A stretch of DNA of 62,483 bases, the filler included, from Chiloscyllium plagiosum (taxonomy: Eukaryota): NCBI RefSeq assembly GCF_004010195.1. It is 4 parts of one record of this genome, joined end to end, with 100 filler letters (N's around TTAATTAATTAA, not from the genome) between each part and the next. Parts side by side here need not be neighbours in the genome. Positions count along the whole stretch, not along the records: positions 1 to 16,339 come from NC_057716.1; positions 16,440 to 32,987 come from NC_057716.1; 2 more parts are not named here. One strand, given 5' to 3'. Made by a program: the position numbers and the translations under genes. Below, one piece after another: positions 11,170 to 24,345 of the stretch; the stretch's first letter is position 1; each line of letters opens with the position of its first letter. Below the pieces are notes generated by a model that was not told where the DNA came from, did not search any database, and saw only the letters and a program-made list of their open reading frames with translations.

Positions 11170-12480
11170 CAGGCTGATCGCAATGAACAGCAACATGGGG
11201 AAAGGTGTCATCAAGAGAGCTACCGAGCTGCACTCACTCAGCAATAACTTGTTCACTCGTGTTAAGTTCTGCAGGGTTGCTCAGCACCAGACAAAGACAA
11301 AAGAGCTGAACCCCTGAGGTGAGGTGAGAGAGACTACACTTGACATCAAAGCAGCAATTGACCAAGTCTGACCTGAAGGAAACCTAAAATAATGAGGAAT
11401 TAGATGAAGCTCCCATTGTTTAGAGTCATTCCTGGCACATTGGAGGATGGGTGCGGTTGTTGGAAGTCAGTCACCTCAGCTCCAGGACATCTCTGCAGGA
11501 GTTCCTCAGGGAAGTGTCCTCGGCCCAGTTATCTTCAGCTGCTTCATCATTGACAATCCCTCTATCATAAGGTCAGAATTCAGGATAATTGTTGGTTGTT
11601 CACAAGTCCCATTCCTGACTTGTCAGACACGATGCCCACATATAGCAACACTTGGGCAGTATTCAGGCCAGGGCTGACATGTAGTGCATAAGTGTCAGGT
11701 ATCTCTGAAAAGAGAGAATGTAACGACTTCTCTTTATATTGATTGGCATTGCCATCACTGAATTCCCCACTACCAACACCCTGGTAGGGAGAGGGGGTTA
11801 TCATTGCCACAAACTGAGCCGCCCCAGTTATAATGATACCAGTGTTCCATGACCGTGTAAGACACTGCCAAGTCTGTGATATCTCACTTCCTGAATCTCA
11901 AAGTCTGTCCATTATTTACATGGGTAAGGTAGGAATGTGATGGAATAATCCCCACTTGTATGGGTTTGGTCTGCTCCAACAACACTCAAGAAAATGATCA
12001 CCATCCAGGATAAACATCCTTAATTGGCACCACATCCGCATACATTTGGGTGGCATGGTGGCACAGTGGCACTGCTTCCTCAAAGCGCCAGAGACCCGGG
12101 TTCAATTCCTGCCTCAGGCAACCCTCTGTGTGGAGTTTGCATATTCTCCCTGTGTCTGTGTGGGTTTCCTCCGGGTGCTCCGGTTTCCTCCCACAATCCA
12201 AAACTGTTCAGGTTAGGTGAATTTACCATGCTAAATTGCCCGTAGTGTTAGGTGAAAGGGTAAATGTAGGGGAAAGGGTCTGGGTGGGTTGCGCTTCGCC
12301 AGGTCAGTGTGGACTTGTTGGGCCAAAGGGCCTGTTTCCACACTGTAAGTAATCTAATCTAATCATTAGCAGCTTCCACTATCAATGCAGCAATGTGTAG
12401 CATGTGGAAGATGTACTGCAGCAACTTTGCAAGAGCCTTCTCACAGCATCTTCCAAATCTGAGACCTCTACCCGCTCAAA
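11170..12480 (+). mobile_element. Old CR1/L2-clade LINE RT fragment interrupted by a SINE
   Basis: DISAGVPQGSVLGPVIFSCFI and a preceding LDIKAA.D motif. Homologous-looking sequence continues after the SINE. Confidence 0.75.
12048..12364 (+). mobile_element. Full-length HE1-type V-SINE
   Basis: tRNA-like head (GGTGGCACAGTGG A-box, GGTTCAATTCC B-box), V-domain GGGTTTCCTCCGGGTGCTCCGGTTTCCTCCCACA and (TAATC)n tail. Confidence 0.95.
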
Positions 12481-12733
12481 CTATCTCTGAGTAGATATCA
12501 GAGAGAATAACATAGACTATCATACCTCCATATCAATCCACCATCATTGGACCATAATCAGGAGTATGTTATGTACACTGATGGTCACTCGATACTAAAG
12601 AAGGGGAACTTGGGCTGATCATTCCACACTAATTTTGAATAACTCTGCAAAGATGAAGAGCAGGAACCTGGACATTTCCTCCATCCTAATGTAGGGTCAC
12701 TGATCTCTGTTCCACTTCAGAAACTGAAAAATT

Positions 12734-13233
12734 NNNNNNNNNNNNNNNNNNNNNNNNNNNNNNNNNNNNNNNNNNNNNNNNNNNNNNNNNNNNNNNNNNN
12801 NNNNNNNNNNNNNNNNNNNNNNNNNNNNNNNNNNNNNNNNNNNNNNNNNNNNNNNNNNNNNNNNNNNNNNNNNNNNNNNNNNNNNNNNNNNNNNNNNNNN
12901 NNNNNNNNNNNNNNNNNNNNNNNNNNNNNNNNNNNNNNNNNNNNNNNNNNNNNNNNNNNNNNNNNNNNNNNNNNNNNNNNNNNNNNNNNNNNNNNNNNNN
13001 NNNNNNNNNNNNNNNNNNNNNNNNNNNNNNNNNNNNNNNNNNNNNNNNNNNNNNNNNNNNNNNNNNNNNNNNNNNNNNNNNNNNNNNNNNNNNNNNNNNN
13101 NNNNNNNNNNNNNNNNNNNNNNNNNNNNNNNNNNNNNNNNNNNNNNNNNNNNNNNNNNNNNNNNNNNNNNNNNNNNNNNNNNNNNNNNNNNNNNNNNNNN
13201 NNNNNNNNNNNNNNNNNNNNNNNNNNNNNNNNN
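12734..13233. other. Assembly gap (500 N)
   Basis: Run of 500 N. Confidence 1.
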
Positions 13234-15157
13234 AACATATATCCCGAGGGAAAGGCAGCAGTAGGCTGCAGTTAAGAGACAAGTTTGAGGACTGCAGCTT
13301 GAGGACGGGTGTTCCATTGTGAATGTGACAACTGACCACTGCCCTTTGCTCAGTATCACCACTTAGTCTTTATTGTGGGAAATGTGATCAAGTCTGTGAG
13401 ATATTTGTAAATGTTCATTGTACTCATGGGGTTGTGGAGCTAATCCAACTGAAAGTCCCTTCTGATTAGCGCTGCCAACTTGGTGTGCTATTGTGTAGAA
13501 ACAGAGCTTTACTCAATTGACCTTAGGCTTGCAATGACATGATAGCAAAGGTCAGAAAATATATCAATTTTAATCATATAAAAATCTTCACGGTAAGGGC
13601 AAGAAGGAAAAGATAAGATGATAGAAAGCAAACAGAAATGCTGGAAATTCTCAGCAGCTCTGACAGTGCCTGTGGGGAGACAGAGTTAACATTTCAGGCT
13701 GCTAACCCTTTGTCAGAACGGGAAATGTACTGAAACAGGATTTAAACCAGTCATGGAAAGGAATGAACAACAAATGAAAAGATCTGTGGTAACCCGGGAG
13801 ACAGGAGACATTAGATGGGAGAAGGGATGAAACTGAAAAGCAAAATGAGATTGTACCAGGATTTGCATATTAACCAGTGGAACAGCCAAAACTGTCATGA
13901 AGAGGGACAAGTGAATGATAGTCTCACTAATTGGTCATTTTAATAAATAAAAAGCAATGAGAAATGTATTTCAAAACCAGAGTATGATCACGGAAAGGAC
14001 AGCTATGTAACAAATTAATAAACTGATTGTGTAGATACAGAGCTTTACTCAATATAACACCGAACCAGATGGCAAATTGTGGATAATGTAATGGTTTTTA
14101 AGATACTAAACATAAATTCCGAGGGAAAGGCAGCGATAGGCTGCAGTTAAGAGACAAGTTTGAGGACTGCAGCTTGAGGATGGGTGTTCCATTGTGAATG
14201 TGACAACTGACCACTGCCCTTTGCTCAGTATCACCACTTAGTCTTTACTGTGGGAAATGTAATCAAGTCTGTGAGATATTTGTAAATGTACATTATACTC
14301 ATGGGGTTGTGGAGCTTATCCAACTGAAAGTCCCTTCCGATTAAGCGCTGCCAACTTGGTGTGCTATTGTGTAGAAACAGAGCTTTACTCAATTGACCTT
14401 AGGCTTGCAATGACATGATAGCAAAGGTCAGAAAATATATCAATTTCAATCAAATAAAAATCTTCACGGTAAGGGCAAGAAGGAAAAGATAAGATGATAG
14501 AAAGCAAACAGGGAATGTGGGAAATTCTCAGCAGTCTGGCAGTGCCTGTGGGGAGACAGAGTTAACATTTCAGGCTGCTAACCCTTTGTCATGAGGCAGT
14601 GTGAACAAATTGATGGGCAAGAAGGGTCAAGGGTCACCTGGAGAATTCGAGTAGATTGACATGCCTCTAGTGAAATGAATAATACGTCCATGACCAGACA
14701 CTGTACAGGCAAGTTAATTGTAATTGAGCAGCACGTCTCAGAAACAAAGCAAGGCACATTCTAAAAATCTCTGGTATTCAGACAATCTGCATTTATTTTG
14801 GCAGCCAGTTTTGCAAGAGTGTAGTTTTATCCTCCTGATATAGAGGGAATGGGGAGTGTGAGTCAGGATGGGGAACTGGAAGATGAGTTGCCTGAAAAGG
14901 TCCCCGTGATGAGATACATTTTGGGAATAGTGGAGACCTGAATCAGTGCCAAAAACGAACATGAGGTTGACCCAACTCGGAGTCCAATGGATCGGTAAGA
15001 TTCTGAACACTCTCACTGATCCTCATGACTTGGCCAAGGCCAAGCTAGAGACAATGGATAGGGTTATAAGGTTAAAGTAGGAACCAAAGGCACTGACTTC
15101 GGTCTTTCCAATTGGAAATGACAAGATTATTAATCGAGTGAAATATGATTTACAGAT

Positions 15158-15394
15158 TAGATTAGATTACTTTAAGTGTGGAAACAGGCTCTTCGGCTCA
15201 ACAAGTCCACACCAACCCGCCGAAGCGCAACCCGCCCAGACCCATTCCCCTACATTTACCCCTTCACCTTACACTACGGGCAATTTAGCATGGCCAATTC
15301 ACCTAACCTGTACATTTTTGGACAGTGGGAGGAAACCGGAGCACCCGGAGGGAACCCACGCAGACACGGGGAGACTGTGCAAACTCCACACAAT
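15158..15394 (-). mobile_element. 5'-truncated HE1 SINE with 5-bp TSD CAGAT
   Basis: V-domain and (GATTA)n tail. CAGAT at 15153-15157 and 15395-15399. Absent at the paralogous site (~7505). Confidence 0.92.
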
Positions 15395-15530
15395 CAGATC
15401 TAATGGGAATAGAGACATAGGGTCTTAGCAGGAACAACAGTAACAGCAGCAAGGAGGAGAGAGTAACTGGCAGGAAAAGCAATGCTGTTAAAGATAGTTC
15501 TTAGAGTTAATAGCAGGGCTAGAGACTTAC

Positions 15531-15711
15531 CCGGAACACCAACAATAACAAGGGTGGGATAGTAAATGTGTTGAATAACTAGGACTATATAATTGATCCG
15601 GGTTGTTAATGACATCAAGTGGTAATTTGCAGAAATATAATCAATTGTTGCTGAGAAACTCCTGGCCATTGTTGTAAAATTCCGATCTTCTGTGTTCAGA
15701 TTCCAACCCAT
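15531..15711 (-). CDS. GPR139/GPR142-like GPCR coding exon 1, second copy
   Basis: 181-nt open exon MGWNLNTEDRNFTTMARS...YYPTLVIVGVP with phase-1 donor GTAAGT at 15530. Confidence 0.8.
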
Positions 15712-16339
15712 GGTTGTAAAATTCCAATCTATTGTTCTCAGGTTCGAATCTCTCTTCTCCCGAGCTCCCAGTCTCTGGAGCTGTCGGTCCCTGTTAGTGC
15801 TGGGGGTGATGCTGGAGGTGATGCTGTCACTGATACGACAGCTTTGAACATTGTAAGGAAGTTGTAATTAATAGAAGGGGGAGTCCCTCTGGGGACACAA
15901 TTATGGTTCATTGAGTTTGACATTAAAGACAGTCACTAAACAAACAGGTTCAGTTCACCCTCTTCAATCCAGTACACTATTCCCCCAATGGAATAGGACT
16001 TGTACCTTGGACTGCATGGACATGAGTTTCTGAGAGAAAGAGAAGTAGAGGCATTGACCATAATCTTTCACTTCTCTGAAGATATTGAAGTAGTTCCATA
16101 GAAATGGACGGTTGTGTTGTGCTCACCACACAGTGTGTTTTGACTCTTATACCGAGCAAAGAAACTGCAACAAGACTCTTAATAATAATGAAGGATAATA
16201 TTTATTTATTTAAAACAATAAATATAAAAATAACAAAATACAGTATCAACTTACAATTGACACAATTACTCTATTTTGTGCCCAAACCCACCCCCCGCCC
16301 ACCCCGAACGCAGTCAAACCCTGCCCCGCCCACATCCCA

Positions 16340-16439
16340 NNNNNNNNNNNNNNNNNNNNNNNNNNNNNNNNNNNNNNNNNNNNTTAATTAATTAANNNNN
16401 NNNNNNNNNNNNNNNNNNNNNNNNNNNNNNNNNNNNNNN
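16340..16439. other. Artificial scaffold-joining spacer N44-TTAATTAATTAA-N44
   Basis: Exact 100-nt spacer with a six-frame stop motif at 16384-16395. Confidence 0.97.
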
Positions 16440-17427
16440 ACCACGTTCTCTAATAACGCTCTACGTTCCATTGTAAACGGTGTGGAAGTGAGGACAATTG
16501 AATTCTAGATTATATATTTCCCTGGAAGATTTTCTTCAGCATTTAATTTCAATTGTGTGTTTATAACTGTGCAGCCTGTGACAATGATTTATCTGAATTT
16601 AAGGCTATATCAACGGCTGAACAATGCATGATCTTTCACAACCTTGCAGTCGTGACGTTTTCTGCTCACTGAGGAACTTATTTTAATGCCCCCTTCAGCC
16701 AACTGCATTTGTAACCGTTCTTGCAAACTGTGAACTACATGCAATAACACTCATTGTTGTCTGCATTGTAACTGCACTGGCAAAAGCGCCTGTGTGTTCC
16801 CTGTTCAATTAAAATTGTCAGATAGGACGGAAAATAAATTAAACTCAGGAGGTGACATGGGCCCTCTGCTTGAGTTATAATATCGAGCACTGAAAACACT
16901 GAAACATTTAAAGCATGTTTAAGTCTGTTATATAGGAGCAGACTTAGGGTATTCAATCCATTAAAGGAATATTAAGGAAATGTAAGGTATAGACTTCCTG
17001 AGGGAAATCTTGGTTCCACAGTATCATGAGGAAAGTGGAAGTTTCAGGTTGTAGGAACAAGGCTGTTGAGTATTTATACAACAATTAGCATTTAGAGTTT
17101 GGGAGGTCTTTATCTTAGGAGTCATCGTTTGTTCGGTCAAGAAAAGTTGGGGCTCTGAAGTAGTCGACGTGGTTTGACTTTACTTGATGTATAAAAAGTA
17201 TAACCACAGTGGGGAACTCACAGGTGACCTCAAAGCTATTGGTTGCTCCTCCCAGTCAAGAAATTCGGAGGAGAAATCCGGGAGTATTTATGGCGCTTGG
17301 GACGCAGGATGTGAGCAGTAAATGTCTCCAGTGCACTCTTCTGGACGTGTGGGCATTCGGAACGGGGGCGCAGGACTTTCGTGAGCCTGAGGGAGTTTTG
17401 GGTAAAGTGGATGGAGAGGAGAAGCGT

Positions 17428-18315
17428 GTCAAGAGTGCGTGGTGCTGGAAAAGCGCAGCAGGTCATGCAGCAATCGAGGAGCAGGACAAGTTTTGGGCAG
17501 GAGCCCTTCATCAGGAATGAGGCTGGGAGCCTCGGGTGTAGACAGATAAAATCGGGGTGGGGGGAAGGGGTAATGCAGCTGAGAGTGCAATAGCTGGATG
17601 GAAGTGGGTTGATGGTGATAGGTCAGATAGGACGGTGTAGCAGATAGGTGGGAATGAAGATTGACAGGACAGATATGACTTATGGACGGTTCTGAGCTGT
17701 AAGATCGGAACTGGGGTAAAATGGGGGATGGGAAATGAGAAAAATGGTGTAGTTCACATCAATGCCCTGTCGTTGAAGGTTCCCGAGGCTGAAGATGAGG
17801 CGTTGTTCCTTCAGGCGTGGAGCCGTGAGGGAGTGGCAATAGAGGTGTCCCAGGGCCTGTAAGTGGGAAGGAGAGTTGAAATGTTTGACCAGGGGGCGGT
17901 GCAGTTGATTGGTGCGAATGTCCCGGCGAAGATCTCTGAAGCACTCTGCCAGAAGGCGTCCAGTCTCCCCAGTGTAGAGGAGACCGCATTGTGAGCAACG
18001 GATACAGTAAAGCTCTGGTGTGGAAGCTCTGGTGAAACGTTGATGGGTATGGAAGGCTTCTTGGGGTCTTGGGCGGAGGTGAGGGGGTAGGGGTGGGCGC
18101 AGGATTTACAATTCTTACGGTGGTAGGGGAAGGTGCCAGGAGGGGAGGGCGTTTTTTTTTACAAAGCGTGAACCTAACATGATGGTCGTGGAGGAAACGG
18201 TCTTTGCGGAAAGCAGATAGTGGAGTGGAGGGGAATACATCACTGGTGATGGGCTCCATTTGTAGATGGCAGAAATGTCGGCGGATGTTGCAATTTATGC
18301 AGAGGTTGGAGAGGG
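17428..18315 (-). mobile_element. Penelope-like element fragment (GIY-YIG endonuclease end + terminal repeat)
   Basis: Minus strand encodes YCIRCSQCGLLYTGETGRLLAE (~17945-18009) and RLKEQRLIFSLGNLQRQGIDV. Terminal motif GGTGCTGGAAAAGC.CAGCAGGTCA. Confidence 0.88.
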
Positions 18316-18739
18316 GTCGCAGTAAAACAATGGTGTAGGATTGCACGGGCAGGAAGGGGAGTGCAATAGGGAGATGACGAGACAGGAATACTGCCAGATT
18401 CTGGCCATTCACTATCAAAAGAGATACTGCTTCAGATCCTGTTACATTGCCAATAGGCTGTCGAGGGAAGGAGGAGCAGCAACGGTCAATCAAGATCGAT
18501 GATCATGTTAGTTTCTGCTGGAAGGGGGAAAGGGAAGAAATGTCGAAAGACATGATCCAAATATCCGGAAGCCCTGAGGTTATAAAGCCCCTACTGTTTC
18601 GTTCAGGGAGAAGGTGAACAGCCAATACTAAGAAAGTGTGTATAACATCAGGGACATGGCTCTCTAAGCAGACGGTTAGGTCTCAGGCAGCAAGCACAGC
18701 AGTTGCATCCCAAAAGCAGTGATATCAGGATGACTCAGG

Positions 18740-19140
18740 ATTATTACTTCTCATTTCCCATCCAAAGCTTTCTCCTAAATGTATTCAAGTGAACGTGCCT
18801 TCCCAACATTTCCAGACACAACATTCCACCACGTAACTACTGGCTGGATGAGAAAGTTGTTCTCTCAACAACATCCGTTGAAAATAATTATAAAACTGAG
18901 CCATCTCACTGATTGGCCTTGTAAAGAAAGGTAGACAATGTTTTAATGGCTATTCTGTGCTAAGAATTCATAGTCTTGAAATTCTCTATCTAAAACTCTC
19001 TTGCCTTCCGCTCTCCCCTCCAAATTTAGTACTCCCATTTTAAAAACTCGCTTTCGAAGCGATCTGTGAACCACCCACTGCACTCTCTCCAACACATTTC
19101 CAACAACGTGCTGCCCAGAACTGTACACAGGACACCCAGA
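18740..19140 (-). mobile_element. Old CR1 LINE 3' fragment
   Basis: CVQFWA and LERVQ motifs on the minus strand. Confidence 0.6.
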
Positions 19141-20544
19141 AGGATGGATTCGTGTGGACGGTAAGGGCGAGGCAATAATCTAGTTTGATAACCAACCTGC
19201 ACACAACGGTAGTGAGTGTGATGTGCGAGTGATTACTGACAAACTGTAAAGGCAGGCAAAAGAACATAAATACAATTTTACAACAGGCAGAAAGACTGAA
19301 CTATTGTTGCTGTTCCTCAATGAGAGTTCGAAGCAAATATATAATCACTTTTTATTCTGCTTCAATGTCGTTGTGATACCTTGCCGTGGAAGGGCATTTT
19401 TAATTTTGCAGAATGTTGTTCGATCCAGCCATGCCACACATAAAAGCAAGCTTTCTGAAAGACGGAGGAATGGACAAAATGCAGACATGTCAGGAAAATG
19501 CAGAACTGATTTGAGAGACATAAGCCATCCTTAAAACGTTATGTTGTTGACGACACTGTAAAGGTAAGACGGGGCTGGGAGGTGCCATGAAGTCGTCGAA
19601 ATAAGCACTCTAACTGACGCAAAGTGATCGAAAGGTCAAGTCAGCTGGGAGTTTGAAGCAATTCACCCACTCATCTGCACATGTGGTATCGACGTCGTCG
19701 GGCACTATTTTCACCATTGGTTACCAATTTGCGTGAACATTTAACCAGCGTCTTACCCTTTAGGTGAACACGCTGGAATCACGGTGACAAGGTTGAGATG
19801 ATGCACAGTTTTATCCCTGAGTTATTATGGGGTGAATGCAGCGACAAAAAATGAGGAGGGATCCGAATTAAGTGCAGACAATTAGTCAGTCTGGTTTTGA
19901 CCTCAGTGAATATCAGTCATCACAGGTTTGAGTTCGAGGAGCATGGAAGGGAATGGTGCTTTTCTGGGGTCTCGGGTGATGGGCAACTTGGCAGGAAGGC
20001 ACAATAAGTGGGAGAGGGTGAAGGAGGTCTCTTTTCTTGGCACCTATTGCTGAAAGGACAAGCTCAATGCATAGAGATTGTTCAAAGGATCCCAGAGGTA
20101 CACAGCATCGAAACAGACGCTTCGGCCCCTCGTGTCCATGCGAACATTGTTTACGATATGGAAGCAATTCACTTTGCCTGCAGTTTTCCCATATCATTTT
20201 ATTTTAAAGACAGATGTTTTGTTGATTGGAAACGGTTAAAGTTTCCTGTCAGGCTGCGGCCCATAAATATTCCATATTCGACAAAACGACTGGCAGTGAA
20301 TTTGTGCAAACTTCCTTCACACTGGATGGGTTTTCTATGGACGAAACTCAGGAGGAAAGTCACCATTTTCACCGATACATCCACCTATACGTCTACAGAC
20401 CAGTCAAAGACAGAATTGCAGTTCCTGTAAGCAAATCTACAAAGGTGACATTAATGGAAGCACAACTCTCTCGTCAACCACACAGAGCAAGCACCACGCT
20501 GTTTTCCTGGATGTGAGCAACAATCTATTCACACCTGCCAGCAC

Positions 20545-22545
20545 CCGGCCCATATGGCCCCAAGCCCTTCCTATTCAGTACCATGGAAATGCCTCTAAAA
20601 TGATGCAATTGCACCAGCCTCCACACTTCCTCTGGCAGCTCATTCCATACACATATCAATGCTCTTACCGTCCACCCGATCTAACCCTCTGATTACCTTA
20701 TACGTCTCAATAAGTCGCCTCTCAACCTTTTTCTCTTTGACGAAAACAGCCTCAAAACCCTCAGCCTTTTCTCGTAAGACCTTCCCTCCATACCAGGCAC
20801 CATCCTGTAAATGTCCTCTGAACCCTCTCTGTAGCTTCCACATCCATCTTCTAACCAGAACTGGAAGCAAATCTGCAATTTGCAACCTCACCAGAGTTCT
20901 GTCCATCTGCAGCATCACCTCATGGCTGTGAAACGCAGTCCCTCTCATAATAAAAGCTAACACACCGTATGCCTTCTGAGCTACCCTCTTAACCTGGGTG
21001 GCTACGCCCATGGGCAAACGTTCATGGAAAATGTGATCCCTCTACTCATCTACACGACCAAGCATCGCACCATTAGCACAGTTACCTGCATTTGTGTTAC
21101 TTCATCCTTCAGCACTATCCACAACTCTAACGACCACAGGGTCTTCCACAACTTTACTAACTCATGATACTATGCCCTCATTGAGGTCATTCATGAAAAA
21201 ATGAAAATTAACTGTTGTTGCAAAGCAGATCATTGCCGTGCACACTAGTACCTGAACTCCAGGATGAACATTTCCCATCAACCACATTCTGTGTCTCTTG
21301 CAGCTAGCCAATTTCTGATTCAAACCGCCTGATCACCCTCAAAGCCTCGCCTCTGCATTTTATGCAATAGCCACGGTAGCGAATTTGCCAAACGCTTTCT
21401 GAAATCAATATCCACCACATCAGTCGCCTTACCATAAGCCACCTTTTCGGTCACTTGCTCAAAGAACCCAAGAAGTTTGGTGAGGCACGACCTACACTTC
21501 ACAAAAAATGGTACTGCCTATTTCTTATCAATTTATTCATTTCTCGATGATTGTATATAATATCTCTTACAATCCTTTCCAAGACTTTACCCACAGCCGA
21601 ATTAAGGCGCACTGCTCTATAATTGCTATGGTTGTCTCTATTCCCCTTCTTGAACAAGGGAACAACATATGCAATCCTCCAATATTCTAGCACTAATTCT
21701 GCAGACAATGACGACATAAAGATCAAAGTAAAAGGCTCTGCACTCTCCTTCCTGGCTTCCCAGGGAATCCTGGGATCAATTCGTGGGCGGCACGGTGGCA
21801 CAGTGGTTAGCACTGCTGCCTCACAGCGCCAGAGACATGGGTTCAACACATTCTCCCTGTGTCTGCGTGGGTTTCCTCCGGGTGCTCCGGTTTCCTCCCA
21901 AAGTCCAAAAAGATGTGCAGGTCAGGTGAATTGGCCATGCTAAATTGCCCGTAGTGTTAGGTAAGGGGTAAATGTAGGGGTATGGGTGGGTTGCGCTTCG
22001 GCGGGGCGGTGTGGACTTGTTGGGCCGAAGGGCCTGTTTCCACACTGTAAGTAATCTAATCTAATCTAATCTCATGCGGTCCAGTGGAGATACTGGTTTT
22101 CACAGTATCTAAAATTGCTAACACCTCCTCCTTGAGAACCTCAATCCCTTTTTGTCTATTAGCCTGTATCGCAGTTTACCCAATGACAACATGTTTCCTG
22201 AGGAGACATATTCATTTAGCTCTTCGCCAATCTCCTTTGACTCCACCCACAAATTCCTACTACTATCTTTGATTGACCCTAATCTTATTCTCACCATTCT
22301 TTAAACCGATATACCTATAGACAACCGTACACTTTTCCTTTCTCGAATCTGCCAAAGACATCTCATGTCCCCTCTTGGCTCCTCTTACTTTTCTGATTCG
22401 GTATTTTCTTGCTAACATTTAACTCTCAAGCGCTGGAACTGAGCCTTCACGTCTCATTCTAAAATAAAATTTCTCATTCCTCTGGACAACATCTTCAACT
22501 CCTTTAAAAAGCATGGCTCCCTCTCTTTTCAGCTTCCTCCCTGAT
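20545..22545 (-). mobile_element. CR1 LINE ORF2 (RT to 3' end), decayed, interrupted by a SINE
   Basis: WRIAYVVPLFKKGNRD..NYRAV.L.S.VGKVLERI, RSCLTKLL.FFEQVT, DVVDIDFRK, QKAYGVLAFI.RG and RLRGDL motifs. Confidence 0.92.
21785..22072 (+). mobile_element. HE1 V-SINE with internal deletion
   Basis: GGGCGGCACGGTGGCACAGTGGTTAGCACTGCTGCC head, V-domain and (TAATC)n tail. Confidence 0.95.
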
Positions 22546-22911
22546 GTAATGTTCTTAGGTAATAACATGTTTATCCTTCGATCTACTTGTCTAGTTTAAT
22601 TAGAAGCCTCGTTCAATTTCATCTCCAATTTAATAAGGAAGACTAGCGATTGGTCTTTAATGGTTCCTCTTACACTTGGTGTAACACTAACTCTTCATAT
22701 TCACGAGTAAAACACAGGAACAGGAGAAGACGATTCAAATCCTGGAACCTCTCTCACCTTTCAACAGTATCATTTGCTGCCGAGCAGCACATGTCTGCAC
22801 GTAGGCCTCCTTTAACGAGAAAAATTCTCTGATATTTCATTCTGAAAATTTATGGAGCGTCTACTGTGGTTTGTGCAAATCAATTCTATAACATCTACAC
22901 ACCCTTCTTTC

Positions 22912-23232
22912 CTGTTTGTGTGCGTGTTTATGTGTGTGTGTGTCTGTGATTGTGCGAGTGAGTGTGTATGTGCTGGTGCTTCTCTGTGTGTATATGGCAT
23001 GCGTGAGTGTCCATGTTCGTGTAAGTGTGTGTGTGATTGAGAGTGTAAGTATGGAACTGCATGTCGGTTGGATTCAGAGTGCGTGCACGAATGAGTTGTG
23101 TATGAGTGTGTAAGAGTGAGTTGTGTGTGTTTGCGAGTGTGTATCTGAGTGCGCGTGAGAGAGCGTGGGTTTAAGGAGAGGACGTGAGAGTGCGCGTATG
23201 TGACAGAGGGCATGTGTTTGTGTGTGTGTGTA
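22912..23232. repeat. Degenerate (TG)n / (GA)n microsatellite
   Basis: Low-complexity TG-rich tract. Confidence 0.9.
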
Positions 23233-23704
23233 GGGGAGTTGTGGCTGGGGGTATTCTTTACCATAAGGGACAGAGCCAAACTCTCAGGCTCTGCCTCTGC
23301 AGGAAACTGCAATGGAATGATTGAACTTCTCGTGCACACTCTGTGACTGATACAGAGGTTGAGAAGAGAAAGTTCCTAAAAGTGAAGGAGCAGAGAGCAG
23401 TCGGCGCAATTTGGCCCACTGACTCTCTGCATTCCCTTAATTGAATTGCGAGATCACCTTCTCTCTCTCTCTCGCTCGCTCTTTCTCTGACGTACACAGA
23501 CCGGTGAAATCGGAGGACTGCAATTGCTCGCCATCAACGTCAAATAGCGTGATGAATGACCACTCTGTGATACTCACCCCACACAGATCGTAAGTGCCCG
23601 GAATCTTCACGGCTTTAGTGATCAACCTCATGTGCTATTTGATAAAATCCATGCACTGTCAGAACAAGATGTGGACAAGAGAGAAATGTGTTCAGCTGAT
23701 TACA

Positions 23705-24345
23705 TTCAGATGCATTTGAATTTTCGAATTGTACCAGTCTCCACCACTTCCACGACTAGTTCGCTGCACACACGCACCGCTCTTTGTATGAAAAGGTTAC
23801 CCCTCTCTTCTCATTTAAGTCTTTTGTCACTCACCTTAACATTACGCTGGCTGGTTTTTAGACCATCCAACTGACAGAGATGACAACGGCAATTTGCCTC
23901 ATCTCCGCGCCGTATGATTTACTACATTTCTTTATGTTACCCACTCATCTTCTTAAACTCCAGGAAAAAAAAACTTCCCAACCTTCCCAGCCTCGCGTTA
24001 TAACTCATACCTTCCAGGCTCGGTAACAACCTTGTAAATCTTTCCTTGCTCCTTTTCAAAATTAATATTATTCTTCCTGCAGCAGAGTGAGCAGAATAAT
24101 GCAGTTTACGAAAAGTGGTCTCACCAAACTCTCATTCAGCTCTAACATGACATCTTATCTCCTGCGTTCAATGCTCTGACCAATGTAGGGACGTAGCACG
24201 AAAAATACATTTTCATCACCTTGACGACCTGTGACGTCACTTCAAGTAAATACATACCTGTACCCCTTGGCCTCTCTGTTCGACAACATTCCCCAGACAC
24301 TAGCACAACTGTGTAAGTCCACCCTGGATTGTCTTGCCAACACCT
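23705..24345 (-). mobile_element. Old CR1 LINE 3' fragment
   Basis: Decayed similarity to the other CR1 3' halves in the window (QVVKVMK region; GAAGTGGTGGAG.CTGGTACAATT 3' motif). Confidence 0.65.

Larger units (their letters stand above)
13234..16282 (-). repeat. Right arm of inverted segmental duplication, with an internal direct repeat (13234-13715 / 14109-14591)
   Basis: Reverse complement of 6640-9985 with block rearrangement. CCGAGGGAAAGGCAGC...CTAACCCTTTGTCA is present twice. Confidence 0.93.

Noticed and set aside
12048..12115. tRNA gene (A/B boxes), also at 21785
   Set aside because: This is the tRNA-derived head of a SINE and continues into the V-domain and LINE-like tail.
12686..13362. 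Long ORFs of 173-234 aa here and at 47379-48132
   Set aside because: They are artefacts of translating through N gaps.
17759..18493. 244-aa ORF as a host gene
   Set aside because: It is a frame-shifting read through a decayed Penelope element.
20008..20430. 140-aa ORF in apparently unique sequence
   Set aside because: It has a GTG start, no recognisable motif and no supporting splice structure on that strand.
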